Part shown: piece by piece, positions 18,862 through 27,041 of the stretch | Layout: each line of letters begins with the position of its first letter | Position numbering within the stretch: the stretch's first letter is position 1 | From: a virus | Length of the DNA stretch: 64,000 nt | Strand: one strand, 5' to 3' | Virus record (IMG/VR): IMGVR_UViG_3300021964_000016 | Program-made: the position numbers and the translations under genes | The notes under the pieces: generated by a model | Database searches by the model: none | Told to the model about the DNA's origin: nothing | What the model saw: the letters and a program-made list of their open reading frames with translations, nothing else

Positions 18862-20816
18862 ATTGCTCTTCCTCTAAATGCTGCTCTACGGTCTGTTCTG
18901 TCACTTTTATCAGTAGCAGATGGCATTGGTCCAGCGTTAATGGTTTGATTGCTGACGGTTGTGTTAGTGTTCGGTGCATTAATAGCGACTGGAGCACTTG
19001 GTTTAGATTCTTCTGCCTTTGCAGCATCCAGTTTTGACTGTTCAGAAGACATAGTTTCAGAAAGAGAAACACGGTCTTGTCCAGGTTCTACTACTGGTGC
19101 AACTGAAACACTACCCATAGCAGCATTTGCTTCTACGCGCTTCGCCTTAATTGCGTTTGATGCTGCTGCGCCTTCATCGGTCATTAAGTAATCAAACGCT
19201 TCCATATCATCCATGCCTTCTAGTTTGGCATCTAGATCTGCTTGCATTTTATCTGCTTCTGCTCTCAATGCTTTGCTTTTTTCGGTATCAACTTTCTTGT
19301 CAGCAAAGGTGGTCGTTGAACCACCGCCAGATTCCGATACTTTGGTAGTTACTTTTGTTGTTACATTACCTGCGGAATCACCTTTCAACTTCATAGGTTT
19401 TTCATCATAGAAATCATCGCTTCCTTCTATTGCAGCATCAAACCCAATGTCGTCCTCTAGCGCAGCATCGAATTTATCTGGACCTTTACTCTCTCTAAAT
19501 TTATCCAGTTCAGCGCGTGCTGTTTTCAATTCCGCACGAATTTCTGCTTGTCTTTTATCCAAATCAGCAAACGGATAATCAGGGTCTCTTGAATCAGCAG
19601 GTACTCTCATACCCTTTGCCAACATTTCCTGTATAATAGTTTCTTTTTGTGCACTTATATCACGTTGTTCTGCTTGTAACGCACCTACTTTTTCGCTAAG
19701 TTCTTGTTCTTTATAGAAATCATCTGCTATTTTTTTGACTTTTACAGGTTTAGGTTCTTCTGTTGTCGTCGGTTTTACTTTTCCTGACGCAAAATCTTTC
19801 TTAAATTGTTCTTGCTGTTGCTTGACGACATCAGCAGAAGACGTTTTAACTGGAGAAGGCACGTCACCAATAGTTCTTCCACGCTTACCAGTCTCGGGAT
19901 CAACTTCAGGTACGCCACTTCCTTTAAGGTCGTCAACTGCTGCTTGTCCTCTTTCACTAAGTTTGGCACCTTCTTTTCCGGAAGGAATCTCCATTCCGCG
20001 TTTAGTAGAGGTTTCCTCTTCTTCTTCACTTCCAAGTCCAAAAAACCCCAGAAACCCTTCCTTAACTGCGTTGATCTTGTCTGAGATATAATTTTTTACA
20101 CTAATGAGAAAATCTCTAATACTGTCTGTCAATTCGTCAACAAAATCAGTAACAGAAAAATCTGAAAGTGCGTTTTCAATAGTCTCTAGACCCAACACTC
20201 CAGCAATTTTCTCCACCACCCAGAGCATAGCGTCTATCGGAAGGGTTATGAGTTTAAGAACTCCGTCAATAAAACCCATCATACCTGCTATAATTTTATC
20301 GAACAGGGAACCTTCCTGTGCTTTGAAATCTTCGACAAAATTCATGACCCCCGAGACAAGAGCTGTAATCGCACCAGCAACAGCGATCATGGGCAAGGTG
20401 ATTGCACCAAACAAAGTGGTAATAACTGCTGTGACTTTACCGACGGTCTTTAGAACGTTTCCAATAGAATCCATAACGTTCTTTTTCATTTCGCCAACAG
20501 GGTCCGATTTGAACCCTTCCATGAAGGCACCTTTTAGTGTAAACGGTTCTCTCTCGCTATCCTGTTGTTGCCCTACTTCCTCTTCCCTTTTTTTCTGTTT
20601 TGCTTGGGTCTTTTCAAAATCAAGTAATGCGTCAAACCCCTGCATAACAGCAGCAGGAACAGTTTGAACAAAACTGTTCATAACAGAAACAAGTTCTTGT
20701 ATACCAGAGTTAAGAGTAGAAATATTATCGTTAATTTCAAAATTTGCTTCAAGGTTGAGATCAACATTCTGGTTGAGTTCTTGTAACTCTGTTACTACCG
20801 CTTCTAACGTTGCCAT
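18858..20816 (-). CDS. Probable tail length tape-measure protein (gp29-like)
   Basis: 652 aa, helical/coiled-coil with a central hydrophobic Gly/Ala/Ile stretch; directly downstream of gp26/gp51. Confidence 0.55.
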   Translation of the reverse strand: MATLEAVVTELQELNQNVDLNLEANFEINDNISTLNSGIQELVSVMNSFVQTVPAAVMQGFDALLDFEKTQAKQKKREEEVGQQQDSEREPFTLKGAFMEGFKSDPVGEMKKNVMDSIGNVLKTVGKVTAVITTLFGAITLPMIAVAGAITALVSGVMNFVEDFKAQEGSLFDKIIAGMMGFIDGVLKLITLPIDAMLWVVEKIAGVLGLETIENALSDFSVTDFVDELTDSIRDFLISVKNYISDKINAVKEGFLGFFGLGSEEEEETSTKRGMEIPSGKEGAKLSERGQAAVDDLKGSGVPEVDPETGKRGRTIGDVPSPVKTSSADVVKQQQEQFKKDFASGKVKPTTTEEPKPVKVKKIADDFYKEQELSEKVGALQAEQRDISAQKETIIQEMLAKGMRVPADSRDPDYPFADLDKRQAEIRAELKTARAELDKFRESKGPDKFDAALEDDIGFDAAIEGSDDFYDEKPMKLKGDSAGNVTTKVTTKVSESGGGSTTTFADKKVDTEKSKALRAEADKMQADLDAKLEGMDDMEAFDYLMTDEGAAASNAIKAKRVEANAAMGSVSVAPVVEPGQDRVSLSETMSSEQSKLDAAKAEESKPSAPVAINAPNTNTTVSNQTINAGPMPSATDKSDRTDRRAAFRGRAI

Positions 20817-21004
20817 TATCGCCCCATCGCCTTTCTTTGCTCGATTTTTTCGTTCTCTTCCCTAATATGCTCTATAAGAAGAGCAACATAAATCGCCCGT
20901 TCCCATGGGAGCATGTTTTCTAGTTCTGTTAACGAGTAATTGTGGTGCTGCATCAAGGCAAAATTAGTTTTATAATGATTGACCAAATTGTCATGAGACA
21001 GCAC
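20816..21004 (-). CDS. gp51: Baseplate hub assembly catalyst gp51, probably made as a -1 frameshift fusion to gp26
   Basis: YKTNFALMQHHNYSLTELENMLPWERAIYVALL; no properly spaced SD before the GTG. Confidence 0.85.
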   Translation of the reverse strand: MLSHDNLVNHYKTNFALMQHHNYSLTELENMLPWERAIYVALLIEHIREENEKIEQRKAMGR

Positions 21005-21006
21005 TA

Positions 21007-21726
21007 CTAAAAAAAATCGGATAACCCCTTTAGTTGTAATTCGTTTTCAGTACCGCATTTTTTACAATTAAAAACCGCATCATGTTTCAACGCAGGCATA
21101 CCTTCCAAAAAAGAAGTCAATTGCTTCAATTGCGTTGCAGTCATAGACTGTATAAATTCCATCAACTCTTCTTCGCTTTGATCTCTTGCGTCAATTCTCT
21201 CGTTTGGTGTAAGAACTGCTACTATAGATTTACAAATCATTTTTAAAGCAGAACCCATGTCTTTTTCTGCGTTTTCTACATCCCCGTTGAGTAAAGTAGA
21301 ATATGTTGGATATCTCATTTCAACAGAAATACCATCAGTAATTTTTATTATATTCTTACTTTTTGGGACTTCTACGTTCAACGTATCGAGATCAATATGG
21401 TATTCGTTTGCCTCTTTACACTCTTGATTTTTGCAACGAATCATAATAGTTGAGGTTTCCCCAACCGACTTTGCTCTCAACTGAGTGAACATGTATTCAA
21501 TGTCAAACGTTGCCAAATCAGAAACATTAATATTAGCACTCGGGTCTAGGCAAGAAGAGATAGTATCGCTCATTGCCTGTAAACACATTGAAGTGTCTTT
21601 TGACTCAAATGCTTGAAGAAGAACCTTTTCTTCTTTTACCAAATATGGTCTATACTTTACTCTTTCTCCAGTTGAAGGAATAGTCATATTAAAGTTTAGC
21701 GTTTCATTGACACGTGGTAATGCCAT
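21007..21726 (-). CDS. gp26: Baseplate hub subunit/chaperone gp26
   Basis: IPSTGERVKYRPYLVKEEKVLL, FDIEYMFTQLRAKSVGE, two Cys pairs and terminal LKGLSDFF. Confidence 0.92.
   Translation of the reverse strand: MALPRVNETLNFNMTIPSTGERVKYRPYLVKEEKVLLQAFESKDTSMCLQAMSDTISSCLDPSANINVSDLATFDIEYMFTQLRAKSVGETSTIMIRCKNQECKEANEYHIDLDTLNVEVPKSKNIIKITDGISVEMRYPTYSTLLNGDVENAEKDMGSALKMICKSIVAVLTPNERIDARDQSEEELMEFIQSMTATQLKQLTSFLEGMPALKHDAVFNCKKCGTENELQLKGLSDFF
21009..21030 (-). other. Putative programmed -1 frameshift signal (SD-like AAGGGG plus T-TTT-TTT slippery run)
   Basis: Minus strand AAG GGG TTA TCC GAT TTT TTT TAG; the -1 frame reads TTT TTT TTA GTA GTG CTG into gp51. Confidence 0.65.
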
Positions 21727-21741
21727 AATAATCTCCGATCA

Positions 21742-22311
21742 TCATTTAATCAAATAATTTGAAAATACAAAAGAAACAGTAAGTTCTAGTGCTGCTCCTT
21801 GTGCTTGGTTATTTAGTTCGACTTCTGTTATGGTAGTTGGATATGCTTTTACTAGTTCAACTTCATAAACCTTTTCTCCGTCAGGGACGTTTAAATTCCC
21901 TTTGTCTAACTGAATTACAGTTACGCTTTTCGCATAGTCTGCGTGAAATCCAGCAGAATATGGGGGTGAAGGAGAAACTATACATTCCGACCATTCTTGA
22001 AAATATTTTCTGGCACTATAGTCGTTTGTGAGATAAAATGTCAAGGAGACGTCAGAAGAAGAATACCCATTGACAACCTTTATCGGTTCCATTCCAATTT
22101 GCCTATCAAGGAGAGAGAAATTTTTGCCTGGTATTCTTGCAGCAGTACAAAGAAGGTTCATTTCTCTTGGGGGAATGGGGTCGGTGGCGATTCCCCCTCC
22201 AGGTTTAGGTGTTCTGGAAAGAGATGGCAATATAACAGAGAACCTATTCTGTGAGGCGATTCCTCTTTGGTCGTTGATCAACGAGCGGAGAGTGTCGGTT
22301 TTAAATGTCAT
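21742..22311 (-). CDS. Tail tube-like / tail tube initiator protein (gp19/gp54 family)
   Basis: NRFSV, LLCTAARIPGK, VSLTFY, RKYFQEW, YAKSVTVIQLD, AYPTTI and LTVSFVF. Confidence 0.75.
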   Translation of the reverse strand: MTFKTDTLRSLINDQRGIASQNRFSVILPSLSRTPKPGGGIATDPIPPREMNLLCTAARIPGKNFSLLDRQIGMEPIKVVNGYSSSDVSLTFYLTNDYSARKYFQEWSECIVSPSPPYSAGFHADYAKSVTVIQLDKGNLNVPDGEKVYEVELVKAYPTTITEVELNNQAQGAALELTVSFVFSNYLIK

Positions 22312-22907
22312 ACTGGTTTCCTAGCAAGGATTCTGCTGTCCCTATAAACTCTACTTTGTGGTGCCTTCCTGAACAATGCTGTTGGAAGATGTACGGCAAC
22401 TTCCCACTCATACGCCGGAACTAAGGCAACCTTGCCTAGTATTTGGTCGTATCTGTATCTTTTTACGCAAGGTCTGTGCGCCCTCAAAAACGTTTTACCC
22501 AAAAGATATGTGTAATTAATTTTCAATCTAGTTCTATCAGTAAAAACAGGTTGAGTTGCTCTCGGTAATAAATTGTAATATAGTTTCTGTCTCAGGTCCA
22601 CCGGAAGATAATGCAAATTCAACCCCAAAAATCCACCCTTATATTGCTCAAGCATAAACACTAGAGGGAACCTATCGTAATACGGAAGTTCTAGTCTGCC
22701 TTTGGGTTTATACCAAAACATGTACATTCTTCCGATAAAATAGTTTGCGGCGACTGGTAATCCTCGTTTTAAAGAGTTTCGTTCTATAGGTTCTTCTGCT
22801 ATTTCTTTTATCTTATCTAAAAACCAGTCTCGAGAACCTTTCGAGTTGGCATCCAACCCCTCTTCTTCGAGTTGCTGTTTAAATTTGTTGAATACGGATT
22901 CTTCCAT
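22308..22907 (-). CDS. gp2: DNA end protector protein gp2
   Basis: SRDWF, GRMYMFWYKPK..LPYYDRFPLVF, GFLGLNLHYLP, PCVKRY and LPTALF. Confidence 0.93.
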   Translation of the reverse strand: MEESVFNKFKQQLEEEGLDANSKGSRDWFLDKIKEIAEEPIERNSLKRGLPVAANYFIGRMYMFWYKPKGRLELPYYDRFPLVFMLEQYKGGFLGLNLHYLPVDLRQKLYYNLLPRATQPVFTDRTRLKINYTYLLGKTFLRAHRPCVKRYRYDQILGKVALVPAYEWEVAVHLPTALFRKAPQSRVYRDSRILARKPV

Positions 22908-22912
22908 GAGTT

Positions 22913-22920
22913 TATTTATA
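22913..22920 (-). promoter_or_regulatory. T4-type late promoter TATAAATA
   Basis: Exact consensus 5 nt upstream of the gp2 ATG. Confidence 0.85.
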
Positions 22921-22940
22921 CGGATTTTTTAAAAACCATG

Positions 22941-22963
22941 AAAAAGGGCACCGAAGTGCCCTT
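22941..22963 (-). terminator. Rho-independent terminator with C(UUCG)G tetraloop
   Basis: Minus strand AAGGGCAC-TTCG-GTGCCCTT-TTT. Confidence 0.9.
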
Positions 22964-22968
22964 AGTTT

Positions 22969-23163
22969 TTATGCCTTGTCATTATCTTCTTTTTTCGAAG
23001 CAATATAGTACCAATCTCCCGTAATGGGATTTTGTTTGTGAGTCTCAGAAAGTTTCTCCATGACGATCTTTACTTGCCTCGCCTTTACGACAACTTCTTC
23101 GATTTCATCTGCACTAGCAAACGTGGAAAGAAAACACAAGGCAATTACTGCCAAGTTTTTCAT
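22969..23163 (-). CDS. Small secreted peptide with an N-terminal TonB-box-like motif
   Basis: Signal peptide MKNLAVIALCFLSTFASA, then DEIEEVVVKARQ; SD AAGGA; lies between hsp20 and a terminator. Confidence 0.75.
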   Translation of the reverse strand: MKNLAVIALCFLSTFASADEIEEVVVKARQVKIVMEKLSETHKQNPITGDWYYIASKKEDNDKA

Positions 23164-23176
23164 TTTTGGTCCTTTA

Positions 23177-23596
23177 TTATCCGATTGGAATAACTTTTGG
23201 ACGCTTCTCTTCTGGGATTTCTACTTTCAGGTCAATGACCAGTAATCCATCCACGAAGTCTGCTCCGTCAACAACGACGTGTTCTGAGAGTCTAAAGGTG
23301 CGCGTGAATTTCTTTGCAGAAATACCACGATGGAGATACTCACGATCACTTTCTCCTTCCCCAGTTTTACCTCCAGAGATTACCAAAATGCCGTCCTTGA
23401 CTTCAACAGTCAGTTCGTCCTTTGAGTAACCTGCAAGAGCAAGTTCTACTGAGAAATTCTTTTCATCTTTTTTCACAACGTTGTGCGGAGGATAGAGTTT
23501 GTTATCTGCCATTTCTGACAGACGCTCGATCTCCGACCATACGTGGTCAAATCCGATGAAATGTGAACGTGGAAAAGAAAATGCTTTAGATACCAT
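23177..23596 (-). CDS. hsp20: Small heat shock protein Hsp20 (IbpA-like)
   Basis: IGFD, YPPHNV, ELALAGYSKDEL, YLHRGISAKKFTRTFRL, GLLVIDL and IPEEKRPKVIPI. Confidence 0.95.
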   Translation of the reverse strand: MVSKAFSFPRSHFIGFDHVWSEIERLSEMADNKLYPPHNVVKKDEKNFSVELALAGYSKDELTVEVKDGILVISGGKTGEGESDREYLHRGISAKKFTRTFRLSEHVVVDGADFVDGLLVIDLKVEIPEEKRPKVIPIG

Positions 23597-23660
23597 AACG
23601 GTTCTCCTTATTAATAAGCAAGATTGTTGTTAATGCGACCGGACTATCCGCATCGCGAGG
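23597..23660 (-). promoter_or_regulatory. ROSE-like RNA thermometer in the hsp20 5' UTR
   Basis: UCUU-G-CUUA-UUAA-UAAG-GAGA hairpin pairs UUGCU with the SD (bulged G); a second GC-rich hairpin lies upstream. Confidence 0.75.
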
Positions 23661-23661
23661 G

Positions 23662-23669
23662 TATTTATA
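23662..23669 (-). promoter_or_regulatory. T4-type late promoter TATAAATA for hsp20
   Basis: Exact consensus. Confidence 0.85.
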
Positions 23670-23670
23670 C

Positions 23671-23695
23671 AAAAAAACCCCCCAAAATGGGGGGC
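23671..23695 (-). terminator. Rho-independent terminator after gp32
   Basis: Minus strand GCCCCCC-ATTTT-GGGGGG-TTTTTTT. Confidence 0.85.
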
Positions 23696-23714
23696 ATAAG
23701 ACCCAAATGGGGTA

Positions 23715-24629
23715 TTAGTCTGCGTTTGCTAACTTCTGGAAGTAAGAGAACGCATCATCATCTCCTGCGTCTCCTGCTTCTTCAGCAGTAGCAGCAGCAC
23801 TACTAGGCACTTCAGGGGCAGCAGCAACAGGAGCAGGTGCAGGTTCAGCAACTGTGTCCATTGCAACTTCATGCTTGATAGTGCTCGGGGCGGATTGACC
23901 AAGAACTTCGTTCAACTTGCTTTGAAGTTGTTCATAAGTCTTGTAATTCGCTGGATCAACAAACTGGTTGATATCATGCAACTGGTTTAAGACTGCTTGG
24001 AGTTGAACCTCATCGCCTTCAAAAAGAGGAGAAGGTGCTTTGAACTCTGAGCGGTCATAGTTACGATATCCTTCTACGTTACGAATCTTCAACTGGAAGT
24101 CAGCACCGTTCCACAGATCAAATGGATCGACTGGAGTCTCTCCTGGGAACTGTGGTTGCATAAGATCTTGAATTTTATCAAAGATCTTTTTACCGAACTG
24201 ATACATAAAGACTTTGCCTTCATTCTCAGGGGCAGAAGGATCTGATACTACCAGAATGTTTGTAACGTAGTGAAGTCGACGCTTCTGCTTGCGAACAGTT
24301 TCGCGATCTTCTTCGTTACCCGAATTCCACAACTTGCTGTTGAGTTCACCAAGTGGGTCTTGCTGTCCAAGAGAGGTCAGCGACTTCTCAATGTACCACT
24401 TACCAGTTGGACCTTTGAACCCATGGTCCCAATAACGAACCCAAGGGACTTCGTTATCAGAAGGAAGGAATCGGATGATTGCGTAACCGTTGCCTGCCTT
24501 ATCGACAGTAGGTTTCCAGATGTTCTCGTCTTGCTGTCGCTCGGTTTGTTGACCACCACCTGCTTCTTTAGCAGCATTGACGAGTTTGTTGATGTCGTAT
24601 CGACGTGATTTAAGTGATTGTATATCCAT
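23715..24629 (-). CDS. gp32: Single-stranded DNA-binding protein gp32
   Basis: WKPTVDKAGNGYAIIRFLP, HGFKGPTGKWYIEKSLT, FGKKIFDKI, YRNYDRSEF and acidic YFQKLA tail; ATG at 24629 with SD AAGGA. Confidence 0.97.
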   Translation of the reverse strand: MDIQSLKSRRYDINKLVNAAKEAGGGQQTERQQDENIWKPTVDKAGNGYAIIRFLPSDNEVPWVRYWDHGFKGPTGKWYIEKSLTSLGQQDPLGELNSKLWNSGNEEDRETVRKQKRRLHYVTNILVVSDPSAPENEGKVFMYQFGKKIFDKIQDLMQPQFPGETPVDPFDLWNGADFQLKIRNVEGYRNYDRSEFKAPSPLFEGDEVQLQAVLNQLHDINQFVDPANYKTYEQLQSKLNEVLGQSAPSTIKHEVAMDTVAEPAPAPVAAAPEVPSSAAATAEEAGDAGDDDAFSYFQKLANAD

Positions 24630-24656
24630 TTGTATTTCCTTGTATGACTGAAATAT

Positions 24657-24698
24657 AACACAGTATTGATTATTGTTGAGCAACGTGTTTCGCTCAAC
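24657..24698 (-). promoter_or_regulatory. H-type pseudoknot in the gene 32 leader (autogenous translational operator)
   Basis: Stem GUUGAGC/GCUCAAC; loop AACACG pairs with downstream UGUGUU; an AU-rich leader follows. Confidence 0.7.
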
Positions 24699-24700
24699 TC

Positions 24701-24708
24701 TATTTATA
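24701..24708 (-). promoter_or_regulatory. T4-type late promoter TATAAATA for gp32
   Basis: Exact consensus. Confidence 0.85.
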
Positions 24709-24721
24709 AGTATAGGCATTC

Positions 24722-25294
24722 TCAACGAGAAGTCAATACTTTTCCTTCCCGCTGTGCCCAACTAATTAGGACAACGCGACGACCTTGGAGCAACGGAGTT
24801 GCTTCATGGAAGTAATATGCGGGAAAGATGATGGTCTCAAAAGGTTCAAGATCTACAACATAATCTTTCCCCAAAGGAGTCCATATTTTTAACTTGCCAC
24901 CGACGAGGTCGTCAGATTTTTCAATCATCGTGACGGAGGTAAACAAACGATTATGTGCGCTGCCAATCTCGTCTATGTCGTCTGTGTGACACAAAAATTG
25001 TTGCCCAACTCCCTCATAACGTATAAACTCAAATTGCGCGAACCAAAGATCTTCAGGAAAACTAGGAGAAAGATCTAGTAAAAGTTCTCTAAGCGCAAGA
25101 GAAATGTCGGGGAATTCTTTGTAAGTAAACGGTATGTTTTCACATTTTCTAGTTTCTGAAATAGAAGAAGATTCTAAATTCCTGTCATAAACTTGTGCGG
25201 GAGAAAGTTGCGGTTCAAGTTCTTTGAACTTTGTCAGGAGGGTCTCTTTTTGTTCTTCGTCAAAGATGAACTCTCTGATAAAATAATTATTCAA
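24722..25294 (-). CDS. 2OG-Fe(II) oxygenase (PKHD/P4H-like)
   Basis: HTD...GGKL...IIFPAYYFHEATPLLQGRRVVLISW. Confidence 0.88.
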   Translation of the reverse strand: MNNYFIREFIFDEEQKETLLTKFKELEPQLSPAQVYDRNLESSSISETRKCENIPFTYKEFPDISLALRELLLDLSPSFPEDLWFAQFEFIRYEGVGQQFLCHTDDIDEIGSAHNRLFTSVTMIEKSDDLVGGKLKIWTPLGKDYVVDLEPFETIIFPAYYFHEATPLLQGRRVVLISWAQREGKVLTSR

Positions 25295-25529
25295 AAGGAA
25301 GTTCTGCCTTTCTTTCTATGTAATTTAAACTCATCGCCTCTGCTTCGAGTTTGCTCTTGATGACATTTGATACATATTTTTTTGAGTCTTCAAGATCTAT
25401 TCCGTTTTGCTCGCAGGCATACAAGACAGCATCAATGTATGATAAAGATTTTTCTAAAGAAACCTGTTCGACAATTTTGCTAAACTTTGCTTTAGTCATA
25501 AACTCTAAAGGAGATTCTTCAGTCGTCAT
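25287..25529 (-). CDS. gp33: Late promoter transcription co-activator gp33
   Basis: FSKIVE, SYIDAVLYACEQNGID and IKSKLEAEAMSLNY. Confidence 0.9.
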   Translation of the reverse strand: MTTEESPLEFMTKAKFSKIVEQVSLEKSLSYIDAVLYACEQNGIDLEDSKKYVSNVIKSKLEAEAMSLNYIERKAELPFE

Positions 25530-25686
25530 CTGATGTCTCCTCTTCTTTTGATTCTACAGATATTATCTGTGCGACTTCCTTCAATTCAGCAATCAGGTTG
25601 TGAACTTCTTTATATGGTCTAGACATTAAATAGTTGGTCACTGAATTGAAGGTTTCTGAAGGCAACCCAATTAAAGAGTCGTTCAT
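25519..25686 (-). CDS. Hypothetical protein, 55 aa (not in ORF track)
   Basis: MNDSLIGLPSETFNSVTNYLMSRPYKEVHNLIAELKEVAQ...; fills the gap and overlaps both neighbours. Confidence 0.75.
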   Translation of the reverse strand: MNDSLIGLPSETFNSVTNYLMSRPYKEVHNLIAELKEVAQIISVESKEEETSDDD

Positions 25687-26258
25687 TTGTTATATTCCTT
25701 TGCTAGTTCTTGCGTCCAAACCTGTCCAAGATCAGAATAATAGACGCCTTGTGTTCTTTTGATCGAACCATCTGAATGACGTGCTGGAGTCACACAAATA
25801 TACTCCATTTTGCTTTCGCGTTTTGCACCATATTTATGGTCGAGATAAACACCATCTCGAACCCAAATACCAAGGTTTTTAACATACGTTTCGGCGACCT
25901 GATATTCTTGTCGCTGAGAAGATTCTTTAGAATCTTTTTGATGGCGGATACTTTTAAGTTTGTCTCGCCAAAACTTTAGATTCTCTTTAGAGTTATTGTA
26001 CGATAAAGGATGATCGGGGTCAAGTTCTAGCACACGAGAATGCGCGCTTGGTTCTTTACCTGCGTTTTTCTTTGCCCTTGCAATAGCGAGTCGCTCTGCT
26101 GCTGCTTCGCGTTGTTCTTCGGTCATCTTGCGACGAGTGCGCTTGATCTTGGTGGGTTTAACGGTAATGCCGATCTCTTCAAGCATCGCCTGCTTCTTTG
26201 CCTCTTTCTTCGCTGCACGTTTCTGCGCTGGCGTGAGTAAGTGGTCCATATCAGACAT
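25683..26258 (-). CDS. Hypothetical basic protein typical of T4-like phages
   Basis: MTEEQREAAAERLAIARAKK...LDPDHPLS; coupled within the operon. Confidence 0.7.
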   Translation of the reverse strand: MSDMDHLLTPAQKRAAKKEAKKQAMLEEIGITVKPTKIKRTRRKMTEEQREAAAERLAIARAKKNAGKEPSAHSRVLELDPDHPLSYNNSKENLKFWRDKLKSIRHQKDSKESSQRQEYQVAETYVKNLGIWVRDGVYLDHKYGAKRESKMEYICVTPARHSDGSIKRTQGVYYSDLGQVWTQELAKEYNK

Positions 26259-26529
26259 TACGAATCTTTCCCTTATATTCCTTTAAGGTGGAAATGTTAA
26301 AAGACCTCCAACCGACTTGATCGACGTCCCAGCAGACCACTAGATCGGGAGAGTTTGTAGGAGGATTAGGACTAGTTTCTTTATGGAATCTAGAGTCGAT
26401 TTGACTAGAGACAAGAGTAGCATTCATCTCTCTTATTTCTCCGTCTTTTTTAGTAAAAGAAAAATTGACGATACCCGACTTCATATCGCCGATAATTTTT
26501 TCCTTTGTCGGTAACTGATTCTTTTTCAT
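26251..26529 (-). CDS. WYL-like/SH3 beta-barrel protein (DUF2693-like)
   Basis: FSFTKKDGEIREMNATL...VCWDVDQVGWRSF. Confidence 0.75.
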   Translation of the reverse strand: MKKNQLPTKEKIIGDMKSGIVNFSFTKKDGEIREMNATLVSSQIDSRFHKETSPNPPTNSPDLVVCWDVDQVGWRSFNISTLKEYKGKIRNV

Positions 26530-26684
26530 GACACTTCCTTTTCAACAATGTACCATTTTCGGTTGGGGTATTGCCCTTCCATTTCTTCGATCATTTCAAG
26601 TGCGGCACTATAGGTGGGAAACCTGAGTTCTTTTTCATAATCGCACCCTTCATAGGTTACGATAAAAACAATCGCGTCCCTCAT
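26526..26684 (-). CDS. Hypothetical protein, 52 aa (not in ORF track)
   Basis: MRDAIVFIVTYEGCDYEKELRFPTYSAALEMIEEM...; ATGA overlaps on both sides. Confidence 0.7.
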   Translation of the reverse strand: MRDAIVFIVTYEGCDYEKELRFPTYSAALEMIEEMEGQYPNRKWYIVEKEVS

Positions 26685-26836
26685 CGAGTTTTCCTTCCTT
26701 CGACCATCTGCGAGTATTCATACTCACGCTTCTCGATCATCTCTGCAATATCACGAAAAACGTCTTTGCTGAACAGTCCTTCCTGCTCATACATGTAGTA
26801 CAGATCTTCTAGGATGATTTCAAGTAATTCATGCAT
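26681..26836 (-). CDS. Hypothetical protein, 51 aa
   Basis: MHELLEIILEDLYY...; start reassigned from 26971. Confidence 0.6.
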   Translation of the reverse strand: MHELLEIILEDLYYMYEQEGLFSKDVFRDIAEMIEKREYEYSQMVEGRKTR

Positions 26837-27041
26837 AGCGAGTTGCCTTCTTGTTGATAGTGTAACCACGGATGGTGAACATCCCTTTGTTTTCCCAAGA
26901 GAGATTATACGCTTTTTTTCGGGCAAGGTCAAACACACCCTTACCAGCAGGCATGGACCAAACTTCTTCATCGTCGAGATAGATGGTGACGATGTTCGTG
27001 GACATATCGTTGACCACGTCGATTTTACGCTGACACTTCAT
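26829..27041 (-). CDS. Hypothetical early protein
   Basis: Coupled to the upstream gene (TAATG). Confidence 0.65.
   Translation of the reverse strand: MKCQRKIDVVNDMSTNIVTIYLDDEEVWSMPAGKGVFDLARKKAYNLSWENKGMFTIRGYTINKKATRYA

Noticed and set aside
24630-24761. N-terminal extensions in the ORF track (gp32 to 24761; also 54847, 46731, 56894, 60171, 27870)
   Set aside because: They overlap upstream genes or promoters. Downstream starts have SD sequences or match family N-termini.
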